This document shows, piece by piece, positions 9,100 through 18,194 of a DNA stretch of 64,000 nucleotides; the first letter of the stretch is position 1; the number at the start of each line of letters is the position of its first letter. This DNA comes from a virus, in IMG/VR virus record IMGVR_UViG_3300045116_000679, positions 3,109-67,108 of that record, one strand, 5' to 3'. The position numbers and the translations under genes were made by a program. The notes under the pieces are model-generated. The model was given only the letters and a program-made list of their open reading frames with translations. It was not told the origin of the DNA and did not search any database.

Positions 9100-10071
9100 T
9101 CAGCGGCCCCACCAGGACGGCAGGTCCGTGAGGGCGAGTTCTTCGAGGGGAGCGGGCGCGACCCACGGCTGATCCGGCCCAAAGGCGCGGCGGGCCGACA
9201 CGTAGTTCCAGAGCGCGAGGTCGACGGTCTTCTCAGCGATCGTCAGCACCTCGTTGCCGGGCGACAGCACGGTGCCCCAGGTCAGCGGCGCGTCCCCTGT
9301 CGACCAGAACACGAACACGAAGGCGTAGGCCGGCGCGGCGGCGACGCGCGCGAGCCATGCCGGATCGTGGTCGCCGTAGACGCGGCCCTCAGCGACGAGC
9401 CGCGCGAGCTGCCCGCGCGCCTGCAGGTAGGCCGCGGCCTGCACCGGGTAGGACCATTGCGCCAGGGCGCGCCGGCAGTTGTCGGGGAAGCTCGCGACGC
9501 GCAGCGGGCTGACCGATTTCAGGTCCACCACCGCGCGGGGCTTGAGGTAGTCGAACCGGGCCTTCCGGCGCACCGGCTCGCCGTCCACCTCGTCAGTCCA
9601 GACGATCGACACCTCCGGCGCACCGCCGACGAAGCTCGCGAGGAGGTGCGGGTTCGCCAGCACGGTCTCGGCCGCGCGGCGCACCCGGTCGAAGTCCTCG
9701 CCGGGCAGCACGGTCTCGCCGTTCGGCGCAAGCTCGGCGCGCGCCTTCGCGGTGAGGCGGGCCAGATCGTCCGGACGGCGCACGAAGGCCGCGGCGAAGG
9801 CCTGCTCGCCCTCCAGCACCAGCTTGTGCACCGCCTTGCCGAGCGCCTGAGCCGGCGTGGTCTCGTCGGGCGCGCGGTTCGGGTTGAGCGGCGAGGCGAA
9901 CCAGTAGTCGGCCGGCTCGGCAGCCAGGCGCTTCAGGTCGGACGAGCCGAGAGCGGAGTCCGCGAAGTAGCGGTCTTCGGCGAGGCCGAAGTGGATGCCG
10001 TCCGCGAGGAGCGCGGGCGGCGCGGAGGTGGCGCCGGGGGCGGCGGAGTCGGGCAGCAGCATCGCCGTCAC
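9100..10071 (-). CDS. Exonuclease VIII-like PD-(D/E)XK nuclease (DUF3799)
   Basis: LGSSDLK, GKAVHKLVLEG, KARFDYL...VVDLKS, YPVQAAAY; adjacent to recT. Confidence 0.85.
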   Translation of the reverse strand: MTAMLLPDSAAPGATSAPPALLADGIHFGLAEDRYFADSALGSSDLKRLAAEPADYWFASPLNPNRAPDETTPAQALGKAVHKLVLEGEQAFAAAFVRRPDDLARLTAKARAELAPNGETVLPGEDFDRVRRAAETVLANPHLLASFVGGAPEVSIVWTDEVDGEPVRRKARFDYLKPRAVVDLKSVSPLRVASFPDNCRRALAQWSYPVQAAAYLQARGQLARLVAEGRVYGDHDPAWLARVAAAPAYAFVFVFWSTGDAPLTWGTVLSPGNEVLTIAEKTVDLALWNYVSARRAFGPDQPWVAPAPLEELALTDLPSWWGR

Positions 10072-10358
10072 GCCCCCACCAAGCCGCCGACGCGCCGCTC
10101 GAACACCGGCCGCGCCTCCATGTGCTCGGCCACCGCCGGGTCCTCGCCTGCCTGCTCGTTTACGAGCCGCGCGATGGCGACCGCGAGCGCGTGATCCTCC
10201 GCGGCGCAGCCGGGGTGGACCGGCAGCACGAGCACCCGCGGCCGGCCGCGCGCGTCGTTGATGACGCGGCTGTTCGCATCGCGCGGGCACCAGGGCGTCG
10301 GCGCGTCGAGCATGGCGAGGGTGGCCGCGGTGGCGGCCTGGGCGGCGGTCGTGCTCAC
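10068..10358 (-). CDS. Hypothetical protein
   Basis: Overlapping operon ORF. Confidence 0.55.
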   Translation of the reverse strand: MSTTAAQAATAATLAMLDAPTPWCPRDANSRVINDARGRPRVLVLPVHPGCAAEDHALAVAIARLVNEQAGEDPAVAEHMEARPVFERRVGGLVGA

Positions 10359-10633
10359 GCGCGCCTCCCCTCGATGTATGCGCCCGCTGCGCGCAGCTCC
10401 GGCGCCATCACGCTCATGGCGTGGGCCACGACCTGCCGCATCCGCCCGGCCAGCGCCGGCTCGGCGTAGGGCAGCAGCTGCTCGAGGTGCGCGAGGTCCT
10501 GCGCGACGATCAGCAGGGTGGCGGACTGCTCCGCGATCGCCGTGGCGCGCAGTTGCGCCTGGAACGAGGCGAAGGCGGGGAGCGAGGCCGGATCGACCGG
10601 ACGGCGCGTGTCGAGGCGGATGACGGCGGCCAT
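10355..10633 (-). CDS. Hypothetical protein
   Basis: MAAVIRLD start, TGATG coupling. Confidence 0.55.
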   Translation of the reverse strand: MAAVIRLDTRRPVDPASLPAFASFQAQLRATAIAEQSATLLIVAQDLAHLEQLLPYAEPALAGRMRQVVAHAMSVMAPELRAAGAYIEGRRA

Positions 10634-11037
10634 CAGATGCTCGCCCCCGTCACCTGCAGCCGCATCTCGCGCCGGCCGGCCTCGATGAAGTCGAGCTCGC
10701 CGCACTCGCGCGCCTCCGCCTCCTCGTTCGCGCGCAGACGCCGCTCAAGCGCGGTCGCCATGTCGTCCTCGTCGAGGGGGTTGAGGCTCAGGTGCTCAAG
10801 GGTGAGCAGTTCGAGCCGGATGTCGTCGAGGTGCCGGCGGCAGGAGAACAGCCGCTCGCGCGCCTCGCGGATCACCGCATCGTCGTCGGTGCCGACCTTC
10901 GACAGGCCGGTGTGGCCGCGGTGCAGGCGCTGAACGATGTCATCAAGACGGCGCTCGCAGGCGGCGACGGCATCGCGGGCATGCTGCAGACGGGTCGCCG
11001 GGTCGGGCTTACGGGAGAGGGAGCTGGGCGCGTTCAC
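10633..11037 (-). CDS. Hypothetical coiled-coil protein
   Basis: GTG start after GGGAGG RBS. Confidence 0.55.
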   Translation of the reverse strand: MNAPSSLSRKPDPATRLQHARDAVAACERRLDDIVQRLHRGHTGLSKVGTDDDAVIREARERLFSCRRHLDDIRLELLTLEHLSLNPLDEDDMATALERRLRANEEAEARECGELDFIEAGRREMRLQVTGASI

Positions 11038-11134
11038 AGCCCGCCTCCCCAGGTCGTGATGACGAGGAAGCCGATGGCAGCGCACCAGCCGAGGAACAGC
11101 ACCCGGCAGAGGTCGCAGGGTTCGCGGCGGCCCA

Positions 11135-11374
11135 TCACAGCGCGCCTCCCCGGTTCATGCTGCGCACCACCGCGCGCGTGCCGAGGTACTCGACGCCCTC
11201 GACCGGCTTGCGTGGCTCGGACCGCAGCGACGGGGTGAACTTCGGCCCGGTCGCCCACTTCGCCTTGAGGGCGGCGATGGCGTCGGCGCGGCTCGCGGCG
11301 CGCACCGGGCCCTTGTCCGTCTGGAAGTCCCGGAGGTCGCCGTAGCGGGCGACGCGCTTCTCGCGGGCGCCCAT
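11135..11374 (-). CDS. Hypothetical protein
   Basis: 79-aa ORF with TGATG coupling at both ends. Confidence 0.55.
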   Translation of the reverse strand: MGAREKRVARYGDLRDFQTDKGPVRAASRADAIAALKAKWATGPKFTPSLRSEPRKPVEGVEYLGTRAVVRSMNRGGAL

Positions 11375-11559
11375 CAGAGGATGCCCAGCGCGAGGCCGGC
11401 AGCGCCGCCGGTGAGGCTCAGCGCGGCGGTGAGGGCGGCAGCGAAGGCGGCCCAGAACGAGGCGCGCTCGCGGCGGTGCGCGCGGCGCAGCTCGCTGAAA
11501 TCGACGGGGACGACCAGCAGGCCGTCAGCGGTTCGCTGGGAGGGGAAGGTGGTGCGCAT
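11374..11559 (-). CDS. Small membrane protein, first gene of leftward operon
   Basis: Hydrophobic C-terminus; directly downstream of the pL-like promoter. Confidence 0.5.
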   Translation of the reverse strand: MRTTFPSQRTADGLLVVPVDFSELRRAHRRERASFWAAFAAALTAALSLTGGAAGLALGIL

Positions 11560-11584
11560 CGCGGCCATCCGTGGGTGGATAGCC

Positions 11585-11613
11585 GTTTGTAGCACAGCTG
11601 CAAAAGCCGGCAA
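11585..11613 (-). promoter_or_regulatory. pL-like sigma70 promoter with operator
   Basis: Minus strand TTGCCGG-cttttgcagctgt-GCTACAAAC, near-identical to 12989-13016. Confidence 0.7.
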
Positions 11614-11696
11614 GCGGGATTTTAAGTTCAGCTATAACAAGCCTGCTCGCGAACGCGCGACCGGTCCTGTGGATGCGTACCCCTACTACAAATTTC

Positions 11697-11711
11697 GTTC
11701 TTGATCCGTTC
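11697..11711 (+). promoter_or_regulatory. Alphaproteobacterial LexA (SOS) box
   Basis: GTTC-ttgatcc-GTTC (GTTC-N7-GTTC), ~45 nt upstream of ATG 11757. Confidence 0.75.
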
Positions 11712-11756
11712 TCATTCCTGCGACAGCCTGCACCCATCCTCACAGGGAGTAGTTTG

Positions 11757-12020
11757 ATGGCGATTGAGACCGTCCACGTGGTTCAGAGCTTCACGGTGAA
11801 CGAGTTCGGTGAGTATGGGCCAGACGAACCGCGTGCTTTCAAGACGGCCGCGCAGGCTCGCGACAGGGCGGAGTTCGTCCACGAGGTCGGCAAGCCGGTG
11901 ATCGCCTTCTCGCGCTCGGGCGACCCGAAGATCGGCGAGTACGGCGAACCCACCATCTTGGTGCAGCTCGGCGAGATCCCGCCGGATGTGCTGGAGGCTT
12001 TCTGCGGCGAGGGCGTCTGA
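11757..12020 (+). CDS. Small SOS-regulated hypothetical protein
   Basis: GGGAG RBS, MAIETVHVVQSF...AFSRSGDP; preceded by LexA box. Confidence 0.75.
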   Translation: MAIETVHVVQSFTVNEFGEYGPDEPRAFKTAAQARDRAEFVHEVGKPVIAFSRSGDPKIGEYGEPTILVQLGEIPPDVLEAFCGEGV

Positions 12021-12067
12021 TGGGGCTGCGTCGGTCCGACTCGTCGGCCGCCCGTGCCCCGCCCACG

Positions 12068-12092
12068 AAAAGCCCCGCGCGAGGGCGGGGCT
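12068..12092 (-). terminator. Rho-independent terminator
   Basis: agccccgc...gcggggct stem preceded by AAAA (U-tract on minus strand). Confidence 0.55.
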
Positions 12093-12282
12093 GTGGTGCC
12101 TGGGCCGGCAGTCAGGCAATATCGGGCGCACGATATGTCGAAAGGCATTGCCGCGATGAAGACCCGCACATTCGCGTTAGTCGAGATCGACGAAGATGCA
12201 GACCAAATTTTGCATGTATTCCCGAAACAAACTGATACAGACCGAGAAAATTGGAGGCTGAATCATAGCGGAAAAAAGAAGG

Positions 12283-12495
12283 TTATCGCATTCGGCGGAC
12301 AATTAGAGCGTACTGCTCACCAAGTGCTTTATTTAGATGAGGGCATTCATCATCCTTGCGGCCTTGTTCCTGAGATTGGCCGCGAATGAAATGACAGAAT
12401 GCGCCCATCCGTTTCGGCATGACGGTGCGGGATTCCCGTCCGCGCATGATCAGGGTTGCTACCACGCCGCACTTCGGGCAGGCCACCGACACCAT
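12283..12495 (-). CDS. Small Cys-containing hypothetical protein
   Basis: AGGAG RBS, CPKC motif; low-GC region downstream of repressor. Confidence 0.45.
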   Translation of the reverse strand: MVSVACPKCGVVATLIMRGRESRTVMPKRMGAFCHFIRGQSQEQGRKDDECPHLNKALGEQYALIVRRMR

Positions 12496-12592
12496 TAGCG
12501 GCTCCTATTCTTATCCGTTCCTAGAAATCACTCCGCCGCCTCACCCACGATCCGCTTCGGCTTGCGAACGGCGCGCTTCGGGAACGGTGTCA

Positions 12593-12931
12593 TCAGCCAT
12601 CCGTGCCGGTCTTCTCGCCCACGATGATCCTCATCATGCTGATGATCTGCTCGCGCTGCGCGGGCTGGGCGTGATCCCAGATTGACCAGGGGGATTCCGT
12701 GTCGAGCGGGTTTCGCATGAGAAGATCGCCCGGCTCGCATCGGTAGAGGTCCGCCAGGAATTCGAGCATCGGGCGCGTGTAGTTCGTCTTGCCCAGTTCG
12801 GCCTGGGATAGCGCGCCGGCCGTCACGCCCATCTGCTCCGCCACCTGCTCCAGTGTGAAGCCGCGGTAGTCCCGCCACTCCCGCAGGAACACCCGTTTTC
12901 GCAGCTTGGGGTTGGCGCGAATTTTACCCAT
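12593..12931 (-). CDS. XRE-family HTH phage repressor (CI-like, no S24 peptidase domain)
   Basis: LREWRDYRGFTLEQVAEQMGVTAGALSQAELGK; divergent from Cro-like gene. Confidence 0.88.
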   Translation of the reverse strand: MGKIRANPKLRKRVFLREWRDYRGFTLEQVAEQMGVTAGALSQAELGKTNYTRPMLEFLADLYRCEPGDLLMRNPLDTESPWSIWDHAQPAQREQIISMMRIIVGEKTGTDG

Positions 12932-12961
12932 GCTTCAATGATGCGCCTGAGAGCGCGCCCG

Positions 12962-13016
12962 GTGAAGCGAGCACAGCTTCACTCCCCCTTGTCGGTTTTT
13001 GCAGCTGTGCTAAAAC
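12962..13016 (+). promoter_or_regulatory. OR/pR region: palindromic operator plus sigma70 promoter
   Basis: GTGAAGC-gagcaca-GCTTCAC palindrome; TTGTCGG...GCTAAAAC fits Caulobacter-type consensus; ATG 13024 follows closely (likely leaderless). Confidence 0.7.
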
Positions 13017-13023
13017 TGAGGCT

Positions 13024-13266
13024 ATGTCGCCTCTCGCCCGCTGGTTCGACCAGCACCCCGACCGCCGCCGCATTGAGCTGGCCCGCTTCGCCGGGATCAC
13101 GCCGAGCTTCGTTACGCAGCTCTGCAACGGCAGCAGCAAGCCGGGGCTGACGCTGGCCGTGCGTATCGCGGAGTGGACCGCCAACGAGGTCCGTCCCGAG
13201 CACTGGGCCGAGCCGGGGCCGGCCCGTGGCGCGCAAGCCTTCACCACCGCAGAGGCCGCCCCATGA
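13024..13266 (+). CDS. Cro-like HTH protein
   Basis: ELARFAGITPSFVTQLCNGSSKPGLTLAVRIAEWT. Confidence 0.85.
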   Translation: MSPLARWFDQHPDRRRIELARFAGITPSFVTQLCNGSSKPGLTLAVRIAEWTANEVRPEHWAEPGPARGAQAFTTAEAAP

Positions 13267-13463
13267 TCCGCGCCCTCCTCGCCTGGCTGGACCGGCGGAT
13301 CGATGGGCGAATCGTGGCGCGCGGCTACGAGCGCTTCGAGCGCGAGCGGCAGGCGCTGCCGCCCGGTACGCCGATGCGCGCCTACTACGACGAGGTAGCG
13401 CGCATCGGCGCGGAGGCTCGCGCCCGTGACGCAGCTAAGGCCGCAGCGGAGGGCCGGCGCTGA
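13263..13463 (+). CDS. Hypothetical protein
   Basis: ATGA overlap with cro, MIRALLAWLD. Confidence 0.5.
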   Translation: MIRALLAWLDRRIDGRIVARGYERFERERQALPPGTPMRAYYDEVARIGAEARARDAAKAAAEGRR

Positions 13464-13465
13464 TG

Positions 13466-13702
13466 TCAGTCGGTCACGAACAGGAGGCGCTGGCAGAACG
13501 CCGAGGCCGCGGCCTTCACCTCGTCCATCCCGGGTTCTCGGATGATCTGTCCGGCAATTCTGTTGCGAAGCGCGGCCGCCTGCATCGGGTCGGTTTCGTG
13601 CAGGCGCTGCATCAACTCGCGCACCGCAAGGCTCAGCGCCAGCACTTGGCCCTGAAGTCGAAGGTCGTCGTTGCTCAAATCGTTCTCCTCGGGCGTGAGC
13701 AT
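13466..13702 (-). CDS. Hypothetical protein antisense to the rightward operon
   Basis: MLTPEENDLS...; helical protein-like composition. Confidence 0.45.
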   Translation of the reverse strand: MLTPEENDLSNDDLRLQGQVLALSLAVRELMQRLHETDPMQAAALRNRIAGQIIREPGMDEVKAAASAFCQRLLFVTD

Positions 13703-13785
13703 CGGCGCGAGGGGTCGGGCGGCTACCCGGCCCCTCACTTGAACATCGTTGCGTCATCGGTCGCCCTCCACAAGGGAGCTGCTGC

Positions 13786-14367
13786 GTGATTTCCACCTGC
13801 TGCACGCCTCGCCCCGCTGGCGCCCGCGCCTACACCTGCCGCTGTGGCCACCGCTGGCGCCTGACGCAGGACGGCTGGGTGAAGTGCAAGCCGGACGGAC
13901 GCATGCCCGCGCTGCGCGGCGCCACCGATCCGCTGCGGGAGGATTTCGTTGCCGACTACGCCGCTGGGCTGAGCATCGAGCGGATCGGCCGGAAGTACCG
14001 CCTTCGCACATCGCGGGTGTCGCGCGCGCTGCGCGCGCGGCCGGACTTCGTGTTGCGTCCGCATGGGCTCCAAATCCGGATGTCCATGGGACTGCCGGCC
14101 GAGCCTGTCGCCGAAGTCGAATTTCCGCGGATCGAGGCGAGCGAACCGGCGCGCGCGCACCTCGCCGAACAGGTCGCTGGCAACATCTCGCACAGCATCC
14201 ACATCCTTCGCGCCCACGCGCGTCTTGACGGTCCGATCTCGGCCGATGAGGGCCGCGTCGCCGCCGCCCACGCCGCCGGCCTGACCCTCGACGACATCGA
14301 GACCGTGTTCGCGATCCCGCCGGCCGAGGCCGTCGCCATGATCGCCGCTGGTCACGGGGGGCGCTGA
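13786..14367 (+). CDS. Hypothetical protein with HTH-like segment
   Basis: YAAGLSIERIGRKYRLRTSRVSRAL; GGGAG RBS. Confidence 0.55.
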   Translation: MISTCCTPRPAGARAYTCRCGHRWRLTQDGWVKCKPDGRMPALRGATDPLREDFVADYAAGLSIERIGRKYRLRTSRVSRALRARPDFVLRPHGLQIRMSMGLPAEPVAEVEFPRIEASEPARAHLAEQVAGNISHSIHILRAHARLDGPISADEGRVAAAHAAGLTLDDIETVFAIPPAEAVAMIAAGHGGR

Positions 14368-14783
14368 CATGGCGTCTCCCTCACCGCATCGCGCGGGCCG
14401 CGCCCGCGCTACGGAGCCCGCTCCCGCGGGCAGCAGCCCCCGACTTGGCACCCCCCTGCTGACCAGGGGGGTGCATTTCGGGGCCAGAATCCCCCGACGT
14501 GTCGCATCCCGCGGCGCGTGCGCCCGTGCCGTAGCGCCTCACGACCTCTGCGGCGCGGGTGCTCCCTTTCCGATCGCTCCGGTCGAGGCGGCGTGCGGCC
14601 TCCCGGAGGCGAGGGCGAGCGGCGTGATCCGCAGAGACTCGGACCCGCGCCGCTCGCTTTCCTTTTCGCGTGACCGTCAGCCGGCAAGCATCGTCGGTCG
14701 CGCCGTAGTGCCTGCGTACGTCGTCCACCTCCATCTGCAAGCTCTCCCGTGTCGTCTCAAGGACAACACGAGCGGATTTGCAG

Positions 14784-15224
14784 ATGTGCAAAACGTCTTT
14801 GCGGGTTAGGCCAATGTCGACTGCACAAGTCGCAGAAGCCCGGACTTGGCTGGACCGAATGGTTCAGTGGGAGAGCCGCGGCCCCGGCGACACGGACAAC
14901 GCGCTGCGGCGCGTGGCGAGGCAATCCGGCGTCCAGTACGGCGCCGTGTGGTCGCTGCGCTACCGCGCACCAAAGCGGATCTGGGCGGACGTCTACGTCG
15001 CCCTCAGCACCGCCTATGAGACGGCCCGGCAACGCCAGCTGCAGGCGCTCCAGCATGACATCGACACCACCGCGGCGATCACCGGGCCTCGCCACCCTGC
15101 TGTTGCTGCGGCTCGGGCTGCTCTTGGCCAGGACGCTGAGGGTGCCGCCGGAGTGGAATCCCCGGCGCTGGTGGCGCGAGCGCAAGCGGGAACGGCGCGA
15201 CCGGCGGAGGTGAGCCGTGGCTGA
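14784..15224 (+). CDS. Putative CII-position regulatory protein
   Basis: ESRGPGDTDNALRRVARQSGV...WSLRYR; position after cro. Confidence 0.6.
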   Translation: MCKTSLRVRPMSTAQVAEARTWLDRMVQWESRGPGDTDNALRRVARQSGVQYGAVWSLRYRAPKRIWADVYVALSTAYETARQRQLQALQHDIDTTAAITGPRHPAVAAARAALGQDAEGAAGVESPALVARAQAGTARPAEVSRG

Positions 15225-15456
15225 AGGATCTTACCTCTGGCTTCGGCGCGACGGAGCCGGCCTCAACATCCTCACCGACCACGGCGTCTCGCGCGTGACC
15301 CTGATCCTGGATGACGGCCGCGTGATGCTCGCCGTCTCGCAGGCGGGCGGCGGCTGCGCTGACGTGACCCTCGAACCCGACGATGCCCGCCATCTCGCGG
15401 AGCGGCTGAACCTGGCCGCCGCGGATGTCGAGGGCATCGCGACCGCTGGCGACTGA
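15217..15456 (+). CDS. Hypothetical protein
   Basis: GGAGG RBS, GTG start. Confidence 0.55.
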   Translation: MAEGSYLWLRRDGAGLNILTDHGVSRVTLILDDGRVMLAVSQAGGGCADVTLEPDDARHLAERLNLAAADVEGIATAGD

Positions 15457-15511
15457 CCAGCGACCGCCGATCACCCCGGCGGCTGCGCGCCGCCCAACCT
15501 GGAGCGAGCAC

Positions 15512-15943
15512 GTGGCCGAGAAGATGAGCCAAGCCGGAGGCCGGACCGGTGTGCACCACGAGGTGCTGAAGACCCTGATCAGCCGGTGCGACAGCCTCAA
15601 GGCCGACATGGATTCGTCGCGCGGCGAGCTCGGGTCGCTGATCAAGGATGCCGAGGACACGCACGGCATCAACCGGAAGGCCTTCAAGCTCGCCCTGCAA
15701 TGTAACCGCATGGAGGACGACAAGCGGGCCGACTTCATCCGCTCGTTCCGCGACTACTGCAACAAGCTCGGGTTCACCGCGCAGCTCGACATGTTCGCCG
15801 ACGACGAGACCGGCGAGGCTGGCGAAGCCGAGCCGGTCGATGCCGACGTCGCGGCGGCCGAGGCGAACAGCGAGGCGCTGCGCGAGGGCATCAAGCCCAC
15901 CGGTGGGCGCAAGAAGGGCGGCTCGGCCGAGGCGGTGCACTGA
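15512..15943 (+). CDS. GapR-like (DUF2312/UPF0335) DNA-binding protein
   Basis: LKTLISRCDSLKAD...IKDAEDTHGINRKAFKLAL...DYCNKLG follows the GapR helix pattern. Confidence 0.65.
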   Translation: MAEKMSQAGGRTGVHHEVLKTLISRCDSLKADMDSSRGELGSLIKDAEDTHGINRKAFKLALQCNRMEDDKRADFIRSFRDYCNKLGFTAQLDMFADDETGEAGEAEPVDADVAAAEANSEALREGIKPTGGRKKGGSAEAVH

Positions 15944-15946
15944 GCT

Positions 15947-16471
15947 ATGCGCAAGATCCTCGCCCTCGACATCTCGGTGAAGTCGACCGGGTGGGCCCTC
16001 GGCGCGCCCGACAGTGACCCCGGATTCGGCCACTACGGCCTGCCGGACACCGGCGACAACATCGGCAAGCTCCTGGTCCTCTACCAAGACTGGTTGAACC
16101 TGAAGATCGCGGGCGAGGACATCGCGCTGATCATCCTGGAGGCCCCGATCCATCGGGGCCCGAAGACGCACATCAAGACGGCGCGCAAGTTGATGTGCCT
16201 GTCGGGCGCGACTGAAATGGTTGCCTACCGAGCCGGCATTCGCTGCGTTGAGCAGAATATCTCGACGAACAAGAAGCAGTTCGCCGGTCACGGGCGGGCT
16301 GACAAAGAGATGATGATGCACGTCGCTCGCCGATACGGCTGGGATGTGCAGAGAGATGACGAAGCCGATTCCCTGGCTCTGTGGGTCGGAGCTGTCTGCA
16401 ATTTTGCCCCTAAGCACGCTGGCCGCTTCATGACGGGGCCGCTTGGCGCTCGCCCGAGGAGTGCGGCATGA
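15947..16471 (+). CDS. RuvC-like Holliday junction resolvase
   Basis: ILALDISVKSTGWA, ILEAP, GHGRADKEMM, DDEADSLAL. Confidence 0.8.
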   Translation: MRKILALDISVKSTGWALGAPDSDPGFGHYGLPDTGDNIGKLLVLYQDWLNLKIAGEDIALIILEAPIHRGPKTHIKTARKLMCLSGATEMVAYRAGIRCVEQNISTNKKQFAGHGRADKEMMMHVARRYGWDVQRDDEADSLALWVGAVCNFAPKHAGRFMTGPLGARPRSAA

Positions 16472-17085
16472 CCGAAGAATGGCGACGGCCACTGTCCGCC
16501 CCGGAATTCGAGGTGTCCTCGCTGGGGCGCGTGAAGCGGGCCGGGAGGCTGATCAGGGGCAGCGTCTGGTCGACCGGTTACATCTATGTGCAGACGACGG
16601 TAGGTGCGACGGCGCCCTGCGGGAAGCGTGCGCTGGGCGTGCATGTCCTCGTGTGTGAGGCCTTCCACGGTCCGCGCCCCTTCCCGCGTGCGATCCCGCT
16701 GCATGGTGACGGTGGGCGCAATAACAACGCAGCCTCGAACCTGCGGTGGGGCACGCACAAGGAGAACGCGTCCGATCGACGACGGCACGGCCGCGATCGC
16801 CTAGGTGCGGATCATCATGGCGCGAGGCTGATCGATGAGCACGAGGTCATCGCCATCTTCGTGCTGCGTCGCCGCGGCCTGACAGGTGAGGAGATCGCGG
16901 AGGCCTTCGGCCTGAACCGTAACCACGTCAACAAGGTGCTCGCACAGACGGCATGGGCGCACGTGCAGGTGCCGGATTCGCTGCTGATCGGCGCGGCCGA
17001 GGCTCAGGAGCGGTACTGCGGTCGCGCGCCCCGGCACGCAGAGCGGTTCAAGATGGGCGGCCTCGCCCGGGCGGGTGCCGCATGA
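16468..17085 (+). CDS. NUMOD4/HNH homing-type endonuclease
   Basis: EEWR...FEVSSLGRVK; VHVLVCEAFHG...HGDG...NNAASNLRWGTHKEN. Confidence 0.88.
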   Translation: MTEEWRRPLSAPEFEVSSLGRVKRAGRLIRGSVWSTGYIYVQTTVGATAPCGKRALGVHVLVCEAFHGPRPFPRAIPLHGDGGRNNNAASNLRWGTHKENASDRRRHGRDRLGADHHGARLIDEHEVIAIFVLRRRGLTGEEIAEAFGLNRNHVNKVLAQTAWAHVQVPDSLLIGAAEAQERYCGRAPRHAERFKMGGLARAGAA

Positions 17086-17279
17086 CGTGGGTGCTCACCC
17101 ATCACGGCGCCGTCGTCGCGCGCGGCACCTACCGGCAGATGATCGAGATCGCCGCGGCCCGCGATGTGCTCGCCCGCGAGTGGCATCCAGACGAGACCGA
17201 GAAGGCGCCGCGCTGGACGGACCGCTGGTGGACGATCGTGCCGGTTAGCGCGGCTGCAGCGCGGGGGAGGGCGGCATGA
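17082..17279 (+). CDS. Hypothetical protein
   Basis: ATGA overlaps at both ends. Confidence 0.55.
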   Translation: MTWVLTHHGAVVARGTYRQMIEIAAARDVLAREWHPDETEKAPRWTDRWWTIVPVSAAAARGRAA

Positions 17280-17857
17280 TCTGGCCCTTCGACCCGCTGC
17301 CGCCGCTCTCGTTCGACCTTCTGATGGTCGATCCGCCCTGGGCCTTCGCGCTGCGCTCCGGGAAGGGCGAAGCCAAGAGTGCGCACGCGCAATACGACTG
17401 CATGCCGCTGGATGCCATCAAGGCGCTGCCGGTGGCGGACCTCGCGCGCGGAGACGCTCTGCTCTGGCTCTGGGCGACGCACCCGATGCTGCCGCAGGCG
17501 CTGGACGTCATGGCGGCCTGGGGCTTCTCGTTCACGACGTCGGGCGTGTGGGTGAAGACCACCACGGGCGGCAAGCTCGCGTTCGGCACGGGCTACGTGC
17601 TGCGCTCCGCCTCCGAGCCCTTCCTGATCGGCAAGTTCGGCCGGCCGCGCACCGCGCGCAACGTGCGCAGCGTCATCATGGCACCGGCCCGCGAGCACAG
17701 CCGGAAGCCGGACGAGGCCTATGCGGCCGCCGAAGCTCTCGCGATCGACGCGACGCGCCGGGCGGACCTGTTCTCGCGCGAGTCCCGCGCCGGGTGGTGC
17801 TGCTGGGGCCGCGAGGCCGGGCGGTTCGACGCTGCCACCTCCCAGGCCGCGGAGTAG
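17276..17857 (+). CDS. MT-A70-family adenine methyltransferase
   Basis: VDPPW, LWLWAT, REHSRKPDE, DLFSRE. Confidence 0.92.
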   Translation: MIWPFDPLPPLSFDLLMVDPPWAFALRSGKGEAKSAHAQYDCMPLDAIKALPVADLARGDALLWLWATHPMLPQALDVMAAWGFSFTTSGVWVKTTTGGKLAFGTGYVLRSASEPFLIGKFGRPRTARNVRSVIMAPAREHSRKPDEAYAAAEALAIDATRRADLFSRESRAGWCCWGREAGRFDAATSQAAE

Positions 17858-17861
17858 CCTG

Positions 17862-18194
17862 ATGGCCGAGCCCTACAACCCGAAGCACCCGACCCGCCCC
17901 GTGCCGCTCGCCCGCATCGTCGAGTGCGCGACGTACGCGATCCGGACGAAGCCGCTGGGCTACTGGTCGTATCTCGCCCGGTTCGCGGACAACGACGCCT
18001 TCAAGGTCGATCCCTGGCGCTGGATCGACATTCCCGAGGCCATGCAGGACGGGCTCGACCTGCTCGCGGACCTCGCCCGCCTCGCCGAGCTGCTGCCCGG
18101 CGGCGAGCGCGAGGTGCGCCGGATGATCTACGGCCGCCTGGAGGAACTGGAAGCCGCGGCGGCCGAGCGCGAGGTGGAGGCCGCCCATGGGTGA
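17862..18194 (+). CDS. Hypothetical protein
   Basis: GGAG RBS, MAEPYNPK. Confidence 0.55.
   Translation: MAEPYNPKHPTRPVPLARIVECATYAIRTKPLGYWSYLARFADNDAFKVDPWRWIDIPEAMQDGLDLLADLARLAELLPGGEREVRRMIYGRLEELEAAAAEREVEAAHG

Noticed and set aside
11622-11637. CtrA box (TTAA-N7-TTAA)
   Set aside because: Second half reads TATA; better explained as part of the pL operator region
12054-12389. Plus-strand ORF in the immunity region
   Set aside because: Overlaps the minus-strand ORF that has a clearer RBS; cannot decide coding status
12507-12520. Second LexA box (ATTC-ttatcc-GTTC)
   Set aside because: Spacer is 6 nt rather than 7 and one half-site is mismatched
14369-14783. ORF or ncRNA in the gap before the CII-position gene
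   Set aside because: Some hairpins, but not dense or long-range enough to call; ORF composition is shadow-like
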